Source of the DNA: Minisyncoccota bacterium
GTDB taxonomy: Bacteria > Patescibacteriota > Minisyncoccia > Phycocordibacterales > SW-6-46-9
Length of the DNA stretch: 64,000 bases
NCBI GenBank assembly: GCA_040905385.1
Contig: JBBDRP010000002.1
Coordinates: 595,403-659,402 of the forward strand
Direction: 5' to 3'
Positions 37,149 through 47,366 of this stretch are shown piece by piece. How positions within the stretch are numbered: position 1 is the stretch's first letter; the number at the start of each line of letters is the position of its first letter. The notes beneath the pieces were generated by a model that was given only the letters and a program-made list of their open reading frames with translations, had not been told where the DNA came from and made no database searches. Both the position numbers and the translations under genes were made by a program.

Positions 37149-38018
37149 ATGACTTATATTCAAGATAAAAATCACGGGTCCACAATCGGCGTTATTATTT
37201 TTATCATCGCGATTCTCGCACTGGGTGCATTTCTCCTGTTCAGTAGTGATAACCCGAATGGTGACGCAGGCGATTCTACGGCTACCATCAGTCAATCTGA
37301 ATTTATCTCTGTGAAAACTCCCGGAAGTGGCGATCAAATCTCCAGCCCACTGACCGTCTCTGGTAAAGCCCGCGGCCAGTGGTACTTCGAGGCCGACTTT
37401 CCGGTCGAGGTTGTAGACAACGCCGGCAATTCTCTTGGTATGGCCCCAGCCACCGCCGACGGTGAATGGATGACCGAAGACTTTGTCCCCTTCAGTGGCC
37501 AAGTCAATTTTGACGCCAGCGCAGCCGAAACAGCTGACGGTCGCGTAATTTTCCATCGCGCCAACCCGTCCGGTCTCGAGGAGAATGCTGACTCCATCGA
37601 GGTTCCAGTAACCTTCAGTGACGAGGAAGCTGCTACCACCACCGTCAAGGTTTTCTGGAGTAATGACGCCGCGGCCGTCGCTGGTGACTGCTCGGTCGTC
37701 GGGAGTTTCGAGCGAGAGATTCCGGCCACACAAGCCGTCGGCCAAGCAGCCCTGAGTCAGCTACTAGCCGGACCTACTGCTACAGAAGTATCTGACGGCT
37801 TCTCTACCAACATCCCTGATGGAGTCTCAGTAAATAGCCTTCGTATTGAGGACGGAGTAGCCTACGTCGATTTCTCTGCCGAACTTAATCAGATTGGCGG
37901 ATCCTGTCGCGTCACCGCAATCTACAATCAGATACATAAAACGCTGCTGCAGTTTTCATCCGTTGATGAGGTAGAGATCTCCGTTGACGGAGAAACCGAA
38001 GCCATTCTGCAGCCATAA
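37149..38018 (+). CDS. Gmad2 Ig-like plus GerMN domain protein
   Basis: 'SPLTVSGKARGQWYFEADFPV', 'NPSGL', 'LLAGPT', 'AYVDFS', 'QI.KTL.QFSSV..V.I.VDG'. Confidence 0.88.
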   Translation: MTYIQDKNHGSTIGVIIFIIAILALGAFLLFSSDNPNGDAGDSTATISQSEFISVKTPGSGDQISSPLTVSGKARGQWYFEADFPVEVVDNAGNSLGMAPATADGEWMTEDFVPFSGQVNFDASAAETADGRVIFHRANPSGLEENADSIEVPVTFSDEEAATTTVKVFWSNDAAAVAGDCSVVGSFEREIPATQAVGQAALSQLLAGPTATEVSDGFSTNIPDGVSVNSLRIEDGVAYVDFSAELNQIGGSCRVTAIYNQIHKTLLQFSSVDEVEISVDGETEAILQP

Positions 38019-38373
38019 AGTTTATTTACAGAATTCAAAAATCCTACTGTAACAGCAAAAGTACATCCCGTACACGAAAAAATGCCAATTTCAATCCCTT
38101 TACTGTGGATTTATCTGTGCATAATATGTGTATAGTAATGGTGTTCTGAAATAGTAATCAGAACTGTCAATAGATACGTCGAAAGCATCCCCTGGGGCAC
38201 CTGTTTTCCAGAGAAACCACATTTACTACTTGACATCTACGTATTGTGGATTACTTGGCTGGAAAAACATATCGTAATCTAGTGCAACTTACTACAATAA
38301 AACTACGTCCGTGTGAAGAGGGAGACTGTGCTCTTTTACAAGCCTAATATTACTAGTTTTAAGCCACTATATC

Positions 38374-38574
38374 ATGACCAAAGCTCATCTGGGTTCAACA
38401 CAACGATCTCAGCATCTTGGTTACGGATTCAAGCCACGCAGTAAGCTGGATTTATTTAATCCAGGTCTGGACAAGGAGGCCAACGAAGAGGTTGTTGCCT
38501 TTCTCAAGTGGATGGATAGGCAGGACCACAGCGGTACTGCCACCAATGATCTGAGACACTCAGCGCAAGCATAA
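38374..38574 (+). CDS. Small hypothetical protein
   Basis: 66 aa ORF followed by a hairpin at 38610-38640. Confidence 0.4.
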   Translation: MTKAHLGSTQRSQHLGYGFKPRSKLDLFNPGLDKEANEEVVAFLKWMDRQDHSGTATNDLRHSAQA

Positions 38575-38706
38575 ATGATAAAACTTATCATTACAACTTG
38601 CCTGGCTACGTAAAGCCACAGAAGACAGCTGTGGCTTTACTATGAATTTTTATACTCAAATTTACCGGGACGCAGAAGAGAATAAAAGTACGGTATACTA
38701 AAAAAT

Positions 38707-39480
38707 ATGAAAAAAACGCTGCAGATCGGAAACATTCTATCAGTCATCTGGGCCATCACAGCCAACGCTATTGTTTCTACCAGCTACGGGCTACCGGACA
38801 TTCGTCTCGTCTCCGAGCGCTCGGAAACGCTTCTAAACCCGGCTACTTACGCCTTCTCTATCTGGACGCTCATCTATCTGGGAATTTTTATACTTGCACT
38901 GTACCAAGCGCGCGACTTCTTCTCTCCGGACAAACACAACACACTGCCCTGGCAGCTGTCCGGCTGGTTTATGCTGGCTAATATTCTCAATGGACTCTGG
39001 ACGTATATTTTTATCAGCGGCTACATTGCCCTTTCAGTAATCATCATTAGCACGCTGCTCTTTTCATTAATGGTCCTACTCTGGCGACTACGAATCGCCA
39101 TCTACGACGCCGCCATTACGACCATCTCCATGGTTTGGTGGCCACTGCTGCTGTACACCGGCTGGGTACTGGTCGCCACGGTTGTAAACACCGCTTCACT
39201 GCTGGCTGCTTGGGGATTCATCTTGTCAGCACCTCTGGCTGCAACGGTCATTATTGCACTCGGTATTTCTCTTTCAATATTTTTAGAAAAACGCAACGTT
39301 CGCTTGTTAGTTTTAGGAAGCGTCTGGGGAATTGCTGCCGTTGCCGTCGCGCAGTACGGCGTTACACCAACAGTATGGATTACGGCGGCTGGGGTCAGCT
39401 TCCTCCTACTAATTCACGTATGTATTCACGCCTACCGGAAGCGTGCTACGAATCCGCTGGTAAGACTGATTAGAAAATAA
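38707..39480 (+). CDS. Tryptophan-rich (TspO/MBR-like) membrane protein
   Basis: 'PATYAFSIWTLIY', 'LNGLW', 'LYTGWV.VAT..N'. Confidence 0.78.
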   Translation: MKKTLQIGNILSVIWAITANAIVSTSYGLPDIRLVSERSETLLNPATYAFSIWTLIYLGIFILALYQARDFFSPDKHNTLPWQLSGWFMLANILNGLWTYIFISGYIALSVIIISTLLFSLMVLLWRLRIAIYDAAITTISMVWWPLLLYTGWVLVATVVNTASLLAAWGFILSAPLAATVIIALGISLSIFLEKRNVRLLVLGSVWGIAAVAVAQYGVTPTVWITAAGVSFLLLIHVCIHAYRKRATNPLVRLIRK

Positions 39481-39484
39481 CACC

Positions 39485-39874
39485 TTACTCCAGCTCCCCT
39501 GTGCTCGTGGTCTGCCGCAGGTAATCATCTTGCGTCTTACAAAGTGTAATCTCGCCTGCGTTGTTCAAGTCTCCCTGCACCGATACAGTGTCACCAACTT
39601 CCAGCTCAAATGGGTCAGTAATATTATCCTTGGCCGGACAGAGATTAAAGCCAAAGGATGGGACAGTCACTGTCTGCATACCAGTATCTGTTTCTATCTC
39701 GATAACAATCGGTCCATCTAGTGCCGTCGCCGAAGTATCGACGTTGGTCACAACACCACGTGTAGAGACGAGATCAGATGCTTCTTCATCAGAAGTACGC
39801 TGACCCAGCGCAAACCACAAGCCAAGCGCAAGCAGCACTATTATAAGTATGGTAATGATAATTGATTTTTTCAT
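39485..39874 (-). CDS. Membrane-anchored OB-fold-like hypothetical protein
   Basis: TM helix; 'GVVTNVD..ALDGP', 'LEVGDTVSVQG'. Confidence 0.65.
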   Translation of the reverse strand: MKKSIIITILIIVLLALGLWFALGQRTSDEEASDLVSTRGVVTNVDTSATALDGPIVIEIETDTGMQTVTVPSFGFNLCPAKDNITDPFELEVGDTVSVQGDLNNAGEITLCKTQDDYLRQTTSTGELE

Positions 39875-39935
39875 ATAATATTAAATTAACGCAGATAATG
39901 ACGAGACTGCGGTTTGTATATTACAAACTAAATCA

Positions 39936-40169
39936 CTACTGAGAGTACTCATCAAAACTACGAGCATACTCATCTTCACCTTCACTACCAGATCCTGGAT
40001 GATGGTAGTAATATCCGCCAACTAATAAGAGCAGTACCAGAGACACTGCTCCGAGAATAATCCACTTCGTTACACTTGATGCACCAGCAAACTCACTTTC
40101 TGGCACCTGGTCTGCATGGGCATAAAGGGCAGTGAAAAGTAGAATAAATGTTGAGATAAAGTAATTCAT
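39936..40169 (-). CDS. Small membrane protein
   Basis: Signal peptide plus one TM helix; 8 nt after the pilin stop. Confidence 0.55.
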   Translation of the reverse strand: MNYFISTFILLFTALYAHADQVPESEFAGASSVTKWIILGAVSLVLLLLVGGYYYHHPGSGSEGEDEYARSFDEYSQ

Positions 40170-40177
40170 AAGAAAAA

Positions 40178-40726
40178 TTAATCACGTAAAGCTGTACAAT
40201 CAGCTGGATAACCCTGGTTGTATGGATCCGAGCAGTTCAGTGGGCCAGGATAAAAGATATGACAATGGTGGTCATTGACCCGTCGGCCGCTGAACGGACA
40301 GTCTCCTGTCTCAAGCTCCTTTTCGGTATAAATACCTATATAAGCAATCTGACAACACGGTCCACCGGGCGTATTCTTAAACGAACTATACTCATAAAAA
40401 TACGTACTATCTCCAATCGGGTCAGTCGGCATGCTCGGAAGATAACCGCCGTCAATCAAATCGTCAAGAAAATCACCGTCATGACTTTCCTCCACCCCGT
40501 TTCCTTCTGGGAATCGTCCGACATCAGAGTAGTACAACTCCAGAGCTATCATGATCTGATTGACGTCACTAAATCGCCGAGCATCACGAGCATCCTGCCG
40601 TACCGTCACCAGAGATGCCATCATCGTACTGGCAATAATGCCAATGATAGCAATTACCACCAGAAGCTCAATAAGTGTGAAGCCACGTGAAGGTATGACG
40701 GTATTTGGAAAGTTAATTAGATGCAT
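40178..40726 (-). CDS. Type IV pilin/pseudopilin (GspG-like)
   Basis: Class III signal 'RG|FTLIELLVVIAIIGII'; 'ARDARRFSD', 'P.DP'; Cys-rich C-terminus. Confidence 0.9.
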   Translation of the reverse strand: MHLINFPNTVIPSRGFTLIELLVVIAIIGIIASTMMASLVTVRQDARDARRFSDVNQIMIALELYYSDVGRFPEGNGVEESHDGDFLDDLIDGGYLPSMPTDPIGDSTYFYEYSSFKNTPGGPCCQIAYIGIYTEKELETGDCPFSGRRVNDHHCHIFYPGPLNCSDPYNQGYPADCTALRD

Positions 40727-40745
40727 AGAAAAAACTACGGTGATA

Positions 40746-43487
40746 CTACTCCATTACCGGGCGCTTTTCTCGACCTCGACGGACGAACTTCCACAGCTCA
40801 TCCACGGCGATCACTGATAGAGCGGTCGGGATAATTATTAACCAGTCAAAAAGTGCAATCGGCACAAACTCCAGTAGTCCAGACATGGCTGGAATATACA
40901 GTGCTGACAAGTGCAGTCCAACAACTAAAAGAAAGGCCCAGAGGAGATACTTGTTGTTTCCCATACTTTCGGAGAAAACTGAGTGGTAATCCGATCGACA
41001 GGTCCAGATCTTTGTCCACTGAAAGGCCGCCATCGTCGTCACTGCCACCGTAATCGCGTACTCAAGTGGTGCGTGAGAAAGTGTGTACACAAAGACGGCA
41101 ATTGTCCCTACCGTCATGGTTCCACCCTTTAGAAACATTCGCTGCAGCATGTACTTTTCGACCACCCACTTGCTCGGTTTCGGGAACCACTTGCCGAGAA
41201 GCCCCTTTTCTTTGGGCTCCATTGCCAGCGCGGCGTCCAGAAAGCCGTCGGTTACAAAGTTCAGCCAGATGATCTGAGCAGCCGTAATCGGAAGTGGCAG
41301 GCCGGCCAGAATCGCCGTAATAATAATCATAATCTCACCAAAGCTGGTAGAAAAAAGGAATAGCATCACCTTCTTGATATTCTGGTGAATCCCACGTCCT
41401 TCCTCTAGCGCCGCCACGATACTGGAGATATGATCATCCATCAGTACCAGATCAGCCGACTCCTTGGCCACATCCGTACCACGCTTCCCCATCGAGATAC
41501 CGAGATTAGCCGCTGCAAGCGACAGCGCATCGTTAACTCCATCGCCGGTCATCGCAATCGTCTCGTCACGGGACTGAAAGGCATCAATGATGCGCAGCTT
41601 ATGATGCGGCGATACCCGCGCAAACACACTGATATGCTCGACACGACGCGATAATTCTTCGTTATCCATCGCGTCTATATCAGTCCCTTCAACCACTACA
41701 TCTCCTGGCTCATATATTCCCGCCTCCTCGGCAATGGCCCGAGCTGTTACCCGATGATCACCGGTGATCATCACCATCCGCAGACCGGCCTGCTTTATCT
41801 GAGCAACCGCCTCTGGTATCCCGTCACGTAGCCCATCCCGCATGGCGTACAGTCCCTCAAACACACAGTCAGTTATATCTGTATCCTCAATCAGATCCGT
41901 TTCCATCTTCCGGCTAGCAAACATCAGTACTCGGTATCCACGACCAGACAGCTCACGCACCTTCTCTAGTACCGTACGACGCGTATTTATCTCATCCAGT
42001 GGTACCGTCTCGCCGTTAATCTTCTGGTGATTACACCGCTCCAGTACAATCTCTGGGGCACCAACCACTAGAAGCTCTTTTGTTGAATCATCCATCTGAT
42101 GCAGCATGGCGGAGTACTTTGCCTCGGAGGTGAACGGAATTTCATCGATCAATGGATACTGTTGCAGCAATGCATCCTTATCATCTACCCCAACCTTTTC
42201 TCCAAATACCTTCATGGCACCCTCGGTCGGATCCCCTCGCACCACCCACTCATCCTCATCCTTGTCGTATGAAATCACCGCGTCCGCTGCCAACATCCCG
42301 ACCAAACCGGCCCGGCCCAGCTGTTCATCCGCCAACGGATTGGCCACTTCAGTACCGTCAATGGTAATCACCCCTTCCGGGACGTAACCATTGTTTTCAA
42401 CCGTGTAGGACTGTCCACCTACCACCAGCTGCTCTACTACCAAGGTATTGCGGGTAATCGTACCGGTCTTATCTACCGCAACAACATCGGCCTCGCCCAG
42501 TGCCTCAACTGCCTGCAGCTGCTTAATAAGTACGTTACTTTTTCCCAGCCGCCAGACCCCGGTCGCCAGTACCAGCGTAATCACCACCGGCAACCCCTCA
42601 GGAATGGCCGAAACAATCACCGACACTCCAATACCAAAAATATGCTCAAAAGGAAGGTCAGCCAGCAGACCAAACACCACAATCAAGGCAGCCAGTGAGA
42701 CAACCACCCCGGCAATCACATGTGACAGTCGGCGAATATTCTCCTTGAGTGGAATCTTCATCTCGATGTCCACCACCTCGGTCGATATCTTGCCGATCTC
42801 GGTCAACGGGCCGGTCATTGTCACCACTGCTACCCCTTTTCCAGACACAACATTCGTTCCCCGGTACAGTATGTTCTTGCGATCACCCAGCGGTGCTGCC
42901 TCATTATCGATTTTTTCTATCTCCTTGCTGATCGGTTCCGACTCTCCGGTCAGCGCCGCTTCCTTGACATGTAAATTTCGCTCCGAAATCAGCCGCGCAT
43001 CAGCCGGTACCTTGTCTCCCTCGCCCAATATAACAATATCTCCTGGCACCAGCTCCCAGTCCTCAAGTATATGCTCAACGCCGTCGCGGCGCGTCGTAGC
43101 GTACGTCTTAGCAAAGTCGCGCAGTGCCTGCAACGTATTCTGTGCCTTCTTGGCCTGCACCGTTCCAATCACCGCATTGAAAAGCAGAATAAAAACGATA
43201 ATTCCCCCGTCAAAGTACTCTCCCATTGCCAAAACCGTCACGGCTGCTACCAAGAGTAGGTAAATCAGCGGACTCTTGAACTGCCGGATAAAAATATCAA
43301 AATATGTATCAGTCTTTGCGTCCGGCAGCGTGTTGGTACCGTACTTCTCGCGCCGGGTCTCCACGGCATCCTTTGTCAGTCCGCCAGTATCAACCGACAA
43401 TTTCTCCAGTACTGCCTCCACCGACAACGTATGCCAGGCAGTTGTTTCTTCCTGGTTATCGGGTTCGGTCTTTGCGTCCTTATTCAT
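40746..43487 (-). CDS. P-type cation-transporting ATPase (type II, Ca2+-like)
   Basis: 'LTGES', 'IPEGLP', 'DKTGT', 'GDPTE', 'TGDGVND', 'QIIWLNFVTD'; leaderless ATG 43487. Confidence 0.95.
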   Translation of the reverse strand: MNKDAKTEPDNQEETTAWHTLSVEAVLEKLSVDTGGLTKDAVETRREKYGTNTLPDAKTDTYFDIFIRQFKSPLIYLLLVAAVTVLAMGEYFDGGIIVFILLFNAVIGTVQAKKAQNTLQALRDFAKTYATTRRDGVEHILEDWELVPGDIVILGEGDKVPADARLISERNLHVKEAALTGESEPISKEIEKIDNEAAPLGDRKNILYRGTNVVSGKGVAVVTMTGPLTEIGKISTEVVDIEMKIPLKENIRRLSHVIAGVVVSLAALIVVFGLLADLPFEHIFGIGVSVIVSAIPEGLPVVITLVLATGVWRLGKSNVLIKQLQAVEALGEADVVAVDKTGTITRNTLVVEQLVVGGQSYTVENNGYVPEGVITIDGTEVANPLADEQLGRAGLVGMLAADAVISYDKDEDEWVVRGDPTEGAMKVFGEKVGVDDKDALLQQYPLIDEIPFTSEAKYSAMLHQMDDSTKELLVVGAPEIVLERCNHQKINGETVPLDEINTRRTVLEKVRELSGRGYRVLMFASRKMETDLIEDTDITDCVFEGLYAMRDGLRDGIPEAVAQIKQAGLRMVMITGDHRVTARAIAEEAGIYEPGDVVVEGTDIDAMDNEELSRRVEHISVFARVSPHHKLRIIDAFQSRDETIAMTGDGVNDALSLAAANLGISMGKRGTDVAKESADLVLMDDHISSIVAALEEGRGIHQNIKKVMLFLFSTSFGEIMIIITAILAGLPLPITAAQIIWLNFVTDGFLDAALAMEPKEKGLLGKWFPKPSKWVVEKYMLQRMFLKGGTMTVGTIAVFVYTLSHAPLEYAITVAVTTMAAFQWTKIWTCRSDYHSVFSESMGNNKYLLWAFLLVVGLHLSALYIPAMSGLLEFVPIALFDWLIIIPTALSVIAVDELWKFVRRGREKRPVME

Positions 43488-43589
43488 GCCTTTCAGTATA
43501 CCAAAGGATGTCAATTAGTGAGATATGTAGTTTAAAACCCTCATCTTATACAAGATGAGGGTGGTTATAATTTTTGTGTATTGTTCTTA

Positions 43590-44327
43590 TTACTTACGGG
43601 ATAACGAAATCAACCGAAGTAATGATTTTCGAATAATTGGTAAAGTAGTGGCCTTAAATGAAGCCGGAATACGAGATGAGACAGCAGCAAGCGACTCGGA
43701 TGGACTCAGAAAAACACTGTTATTTCTCCGATGATCATCATCTACATGTCTGTACAGATCTACGGTCACATTATTCCGCATCGTAATGAAGTTAGAGACA
43801 TCCGTAGACTCGCCAACCTTCTCAACATAACGTTTGTAGCTAAAAATCTGGCTTCTCGTCACATTATTGACATCACGGTAATGAACGAACAGTAGACCAG
43901 ATAAAGAGTTAAGCCATAATCCGCGTATAGAGAAACGGAGATCATTCGTTACCTGCAGGGAAAGTGGTTCACCTTTCTTAACCAAATCAGCATACTGCTT
44001 ATTCAGCCAGGCTGTGAAATTAAGCAGTGTATTCAGATTATCAGCGGTTCGCACCTGTTTCAGGTCAGTCGGCTGATACAGTTTTCGTAATACATCGATC
44101 TGATCGACGCTACCAATACTGTTAAAGATAAGCCAGATATGATCCTGTTTTATCAGAACCTTCTTGCAGCGAAGCGCGGTTTCGTACACAACCATCAGCT
44201 CCGGGAACAGCTCCTTGGCAGCAAACTTTTCCTGAGCCTGCCTTATTCCAGCCAGCACTTCAAGCTCTACTTTTTCATTGTCATCCAAAATATCAGGAAG
44301 GGGAAGAGAGGAAGTGGAAATCATCAT
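43590..44327 (-). CDS. Hypothetical protein
   Basis: 245 aa ORF, no motif recognised; hairpin at 43537-43562 downstream. Confidence 0.55.
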   Translation of the reverse strand: MMISTSSLPLPDILDDNEKVELEVLAGIRQAQEKFAAKELFPELMVVYETALRCKKVLIKQDHIWLIFNSIGSVDQIDVLRKLYQPTDLKQVRTADNLNTLLNFTAWLNKQYADLVKKGEPLSLQVTNDLRFSIRGLWLNSLSGLLFVHYRDVNNVTRSQIFSYKRYVEKVGESTDVSNFITMRNNVTVDLYRHVDDDHRRNNSVFLSPSESLAAVSSRIPASFKATTLPIIRKSLLRLISLSRK

Positions 44328-44444
44328 AGTACCTCCGTTTTTTGAAAGAAGTTACAGTTTCTATCTTTCAGTATGGCAGGATTGTTAGAAGACGCAAGTT
44401 AGAAAAGAGCTTTACAGCTGGCTCTGTACATCAGCAGATGATCA

Positions 44445-44894
44445 CTACGTGGAAAAGTCTTTATCGCAACGACTGCCATCCTGCAGATATATATGTGCCT
44501 CGGTAAAAAATTCCTGTGAATTATCTGACAGTAGCTTCAGCGCCTCCTTAAAGGTGACAACCCGGTAACGGGTAAACTCATCATTAAGCTCTATCACCGC
44601 CTCCTTCGGCACTGGTGCCAGCCAGTAGGTGTTGGACTTCTCGACCGCGCCAGACTCATCGGTGTACGTATACGTCTCCTGAAAAGATCGCTCAGTGATC
44701 ACGTCAGCCGGATCAATCTGAACACCAATCTCCTCGTGCGTCTCGCGCAGCGCCGTCTGTATATCGGTCTCGCCGGCTTCCTTGTGTCCCTTGGGAAACT
44801 TCCAGTACCCTTCCGGCCCGGAGCGTTGGCCGATCAGATACCGCGTCTCTTCATCCTGGTAAAACGGAATAATTCCATAGGCGCGATTCTTCAT
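44445..44894 (-). CDS. NUDIX hydrolase (Ap4A hydrolase-like)
   Basis: 'AYGIIP', 'WKFPKGHKEAGETDIQTALRETHEEIG'. Confidence 0.9.
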   Translation of the reverse strand: MKNRAYGIIPFYQDEETRYLIGQRSGPEGYWKFPKGHKEAGETDIQTALRETHEEIGVQIDPADVITERSFQETYTYTDESGAVEKSNTYWLAPVPKEAVIELNDEFTRYRVVTFKEALKLLSDNSQEFFTEAHIYLQDGSRCDKDFST

Positions 44895-44981
44895 ACGTAT
44901 ATTATATCGTACATAACACTGGTATTATTCTCTGAATTTAACCAGGTATTTTTTTGACTTTTGACTTTTAACTAGTTGACC

Positions 44982-45587
44982 CTACATCTCATTAGCTTCT
45001 ATCATCCGCTTGATGCGCTCCAGCAGTTCATCGCGGACCTCTCTCAGCTCTTCGTCCGTCTGCGGATCTCCTATCAGCCACTCGGAAAATTTATCCTCCG
45101 GAAACAGTGATGGCACCAAGCAGCCAAAGGAGATGATTTTATCAGCTCGCTCAATCATCTCGGTCGTAATCAGCTTGGGTCGTAGGGGACCAACATCGGT
45201 AATACCAACCTCTTTTAGAACCTCCGGAACTCGGGGATCTATCTGATCGGCCGGAATAGTACCGGCGCTCATTGCGATGGTCGAGCTAGCATAATGGTTA
45301 AAGATCGCCTCGGCAAGCTGGCTGCGCTTACTATTCTCTGCGCAGGCGAACAGGACCGTGTCAGCCGGCAGCCAGCGACGAATATGCTTTGTGAAATTAA
45401 CGTTATCAGCAAAAATCTCACCAATTATCGCAAAAGGAATCGCAATCAGTACTACAATCCCGATAACACCCCAGGTAATCGGCTCGCCAGTAACAACCTT
45501 TACTGCTATCACATCCTCGACGACGCCAATCACAATTCCGAATATCAGAAACTCTAGCACCACCTCAATTTTCTTGGCTTTATTCAT
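44982..45587 (-). CDS. Two-TM domain fused to LMW-PTP/ArsC-type domain
   Basis: TM N-terminus then 'VLFACAENSKRSQLAEA', 'SAGT', 'W.I.DP', 'VRDEL'. Confidence 0.8.
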   Translation of the reverse strand: MNKAKKIEVVLEFLIFGIVIGVVEDVIAVKVVTGEPITWGVIGIVVLIAIPFAIIGEIFADNVNFTKHIRRWLPADTVLFACAENSKRSQLAEAIFNHYASSTIAMSAGTIPADQIDPRVPEVLKEVGITDVGPLRPKLITTEMIERADKIISFGCLVPSLFPEDKFSEWLIGDPQTDEELREVRDELLERIKRMIEANEM

Positions 45588-45668
45588 ATGTACACATTAT
45601 GCCATAGTCAGAAGCCGAAAAATGCCTATCAGCGTCAGCCCTGTAATTTAGTAGCGAAAACTTCCTAT

Positions 45669-46322
45669 CTAAGTCTCCCTAATCTCTTCCTTCTCTTCTT
45701 CTAGAAGTTGGAGCAGTCGTTGTAGATACTGTCGACACTTTTCTTTCGTTTTCTCATCTGAAAGTTCTTCTATAGATTCTCTCAACGTCTCCTCATTAAA
45801 AAGCACTTCCAGGTCATCGGGGTCAACCACATCTTTTTGCCAAGGTTTAAATGTTTCTAGGTAGTATACGTTGCCTTCATTGTCCTTGGAATAATTACCA
45901 ACATTTGCCTCAATATTAAAACCGAGGCCGATTCTCTCAAGCTCCAAATCAACTTCCCACATATCTTCTCCTATATCTTCAACAATCTTCTCGCGTGCAG
46001 ATTCCTCATCTTCCCCTTTCATTCTCTGCGCCTGCAGCAAACTGTGTTCTTTACTATGTGAAATACGTTCTGCATCGACTTCTTGCTGTCCAGATTCAAA
46101 TTCTCGTACTTGGTAAATATCGGGAACCTTCTTAGGAAGCAAGAGGTGAGCAATCTTTGTTAGGTAGTATCGACCCTTTAGCTGACGCGGAGTGTCTTTT
46201 TCAGCCGTTTCTTTTAGCTGAGATATTATCTTGTCTTCATCATCGGGATTAATAAAAGTTCTCTTATCCTCTCCTTCTCCTAAAGGTTTATTCTCTTGTG
46301 ATTCAAATGAAGAAAATCTCAT
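45669..46322 (-). CDS. Hypothetical protein, possibly a degenerate kinase-like fold
   Basis: 'LGEGEDK' Gly loop and 'GNY....VYYLE'; weak. Confidence 0.55.
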   Translation of the reverse strand: MRFSSFESQENKPLGEGEDKRTFINPDDEDKIISQLKETAEKDTPRQLKGRYYLTKIAHLLLPKKVPDIYQVREFESGQQEVDAERISHSKEHSLLQAQRMKGEDEESAREKIVEDIGEDMWEVDLELERIGLGFNIEANVGNYSKDNEGNVYYLETFKPWQKDVVDPDDLEVLFNEETLRESIEELSDEKTKEKCRQYLQRLLQLLEEEKEEIRET

Positions 46323-46379
46323 ATTATTATATTAATACACTCGCAAGACATAAGCAAAGGTAATGAAACCCGAGATCCA

Positions 46380-47063
46380 CTACCGAATCAGGGTGCCTCG
46401 AAACTCCTCACCATCAAGATACTTCCCCAGCTCAGACAGGTTGTCGCCGTTGATGCAGGCCACCTCCATCTCCTTCGCTTCGGCCTCCCGAGCTGCTACC
46501 GGGTCAAACGGCGACGACAGTCCCGGATCCCAGTCTTCTGGAAGCAGCTTACGGAAGTCACTCCAGGTGGTTTCCGAAATCGGCTCGGCATCAGGATCGA
46601 TCTCTGGATCGGCGGTATATACGTAATCAATATTTGAAAGATTCACAACCTTCGTGGCGCCGACCCGCTCGGCCATCTGCACCGCCCGCAGGTCCGTCGA
46701 GCAACCAGGCCGATACCCGGCCGCGATAATCAGCGGATTCCCTTTCGGGACATCAAGGATGTCGTCTGGATTCTCAATCATGATTGGGTAGGCCAGCTCC
46801 TTAAAAATCGTTCGCAGCAGATGACCATTCAGCCGTGTGGCGTGAATGCCGATCCAGTCTAGGTCATCGGGTGCTAGCTCGTGCACCGCATCAGCCGCCT
46901 GCTGATAGCGGCGAGCTGTCTGGCCACCACCGGCGATAATAACAAAACGGCGACCGTTGCCGATCGCCGTTTGGATAAATGCTTTTAACTTCTTGAGAAA
47001 TGCCGTATCTACCTGGTCAGGCACAATCAGCGATCCACCAACTGACATCACGATAGTTTCCAT
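46380..47063 (-). CDS. pyrH: UMP kinase (archaeal-type)
   Basis: 'SVGGSL', 'GGGQTARRYQ', 'DWIGIHATRLN', 'PGCSTD', 'YTADP', 'PFDPVAA'. Confidence 0.92.
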   Translation of the reverse strand: METIVMSVGGSLIVPDQVDTAFLKKLKAFIQTAIGNGRRFVIIAGGGQTARRYQQAADAVHELAPDDLDWIGIHATRLNGHLLRTIFKELAYPIMIENPDDILDVPKGNPLIIAAGYRPGCSTDLRAVQMAERVGATKVVNLSNIDYVYTADPEIDPDAEPISETTWSDFRKLLPEDWDPGLSSPFDPVAAREAEAKEMEVACINGDNLSELGKYLDGEEFRGTLIR

Positions 47064-47138
47064 TACTGAAAAGTATACCACACGTCTGTTACCTACCAGC
47101 GTGTCATATTACTCTAGCTCGCGTACCATTCACCTCCG

Positions 47139-47348
47139 CTACCACAGCGCTATTCCCTGCGTAGTCAGGTAGTAACCAAACGCTAGGACAAGCACAAGGT
47201 AGTAGACCGTCCAGCCCCGGGCCATCGGCAACCAGCGCGACATTATCCGAAAGTGTCGGTGATACCAACGCTTGCCACGCGTCCACGCCAGCACGTTAGC
47301 TGCTACTGAATCTACCAGCAAAATGTAAAAAACGATTACTTCAATCAT
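47139..47348 (-). CDS. Small membrane protein
   Basis: Two TM helices; TGCTACGAT box 6 nt before ATG. Confidence 0.65.
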   Translation of the reverse strand: MIEVIVFYILLVDSVAANVLAWTRGKRWYHRHFRIMSRWLPMARGWTVYYLVLVLAFGYYLTTQGIALW

Positions 47349-47366
47349 GTATATATCGTAGCACGA

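Noticed and set aside
38103-38136. Replication origin
   Set aside because: Only three imperfect DnaA-like boxes and no dnaA or dnaN nearby; similar TGTGGA motifs occur in other intergenic regions
42448-43263. 271-aa plus-strand ORF, and the similar 47631..48311
   Set aside because: Antisense to well-supported genes
45625-45647. Possible orphan pyrH 3' end
   Set aside because: Similarity too weak to support
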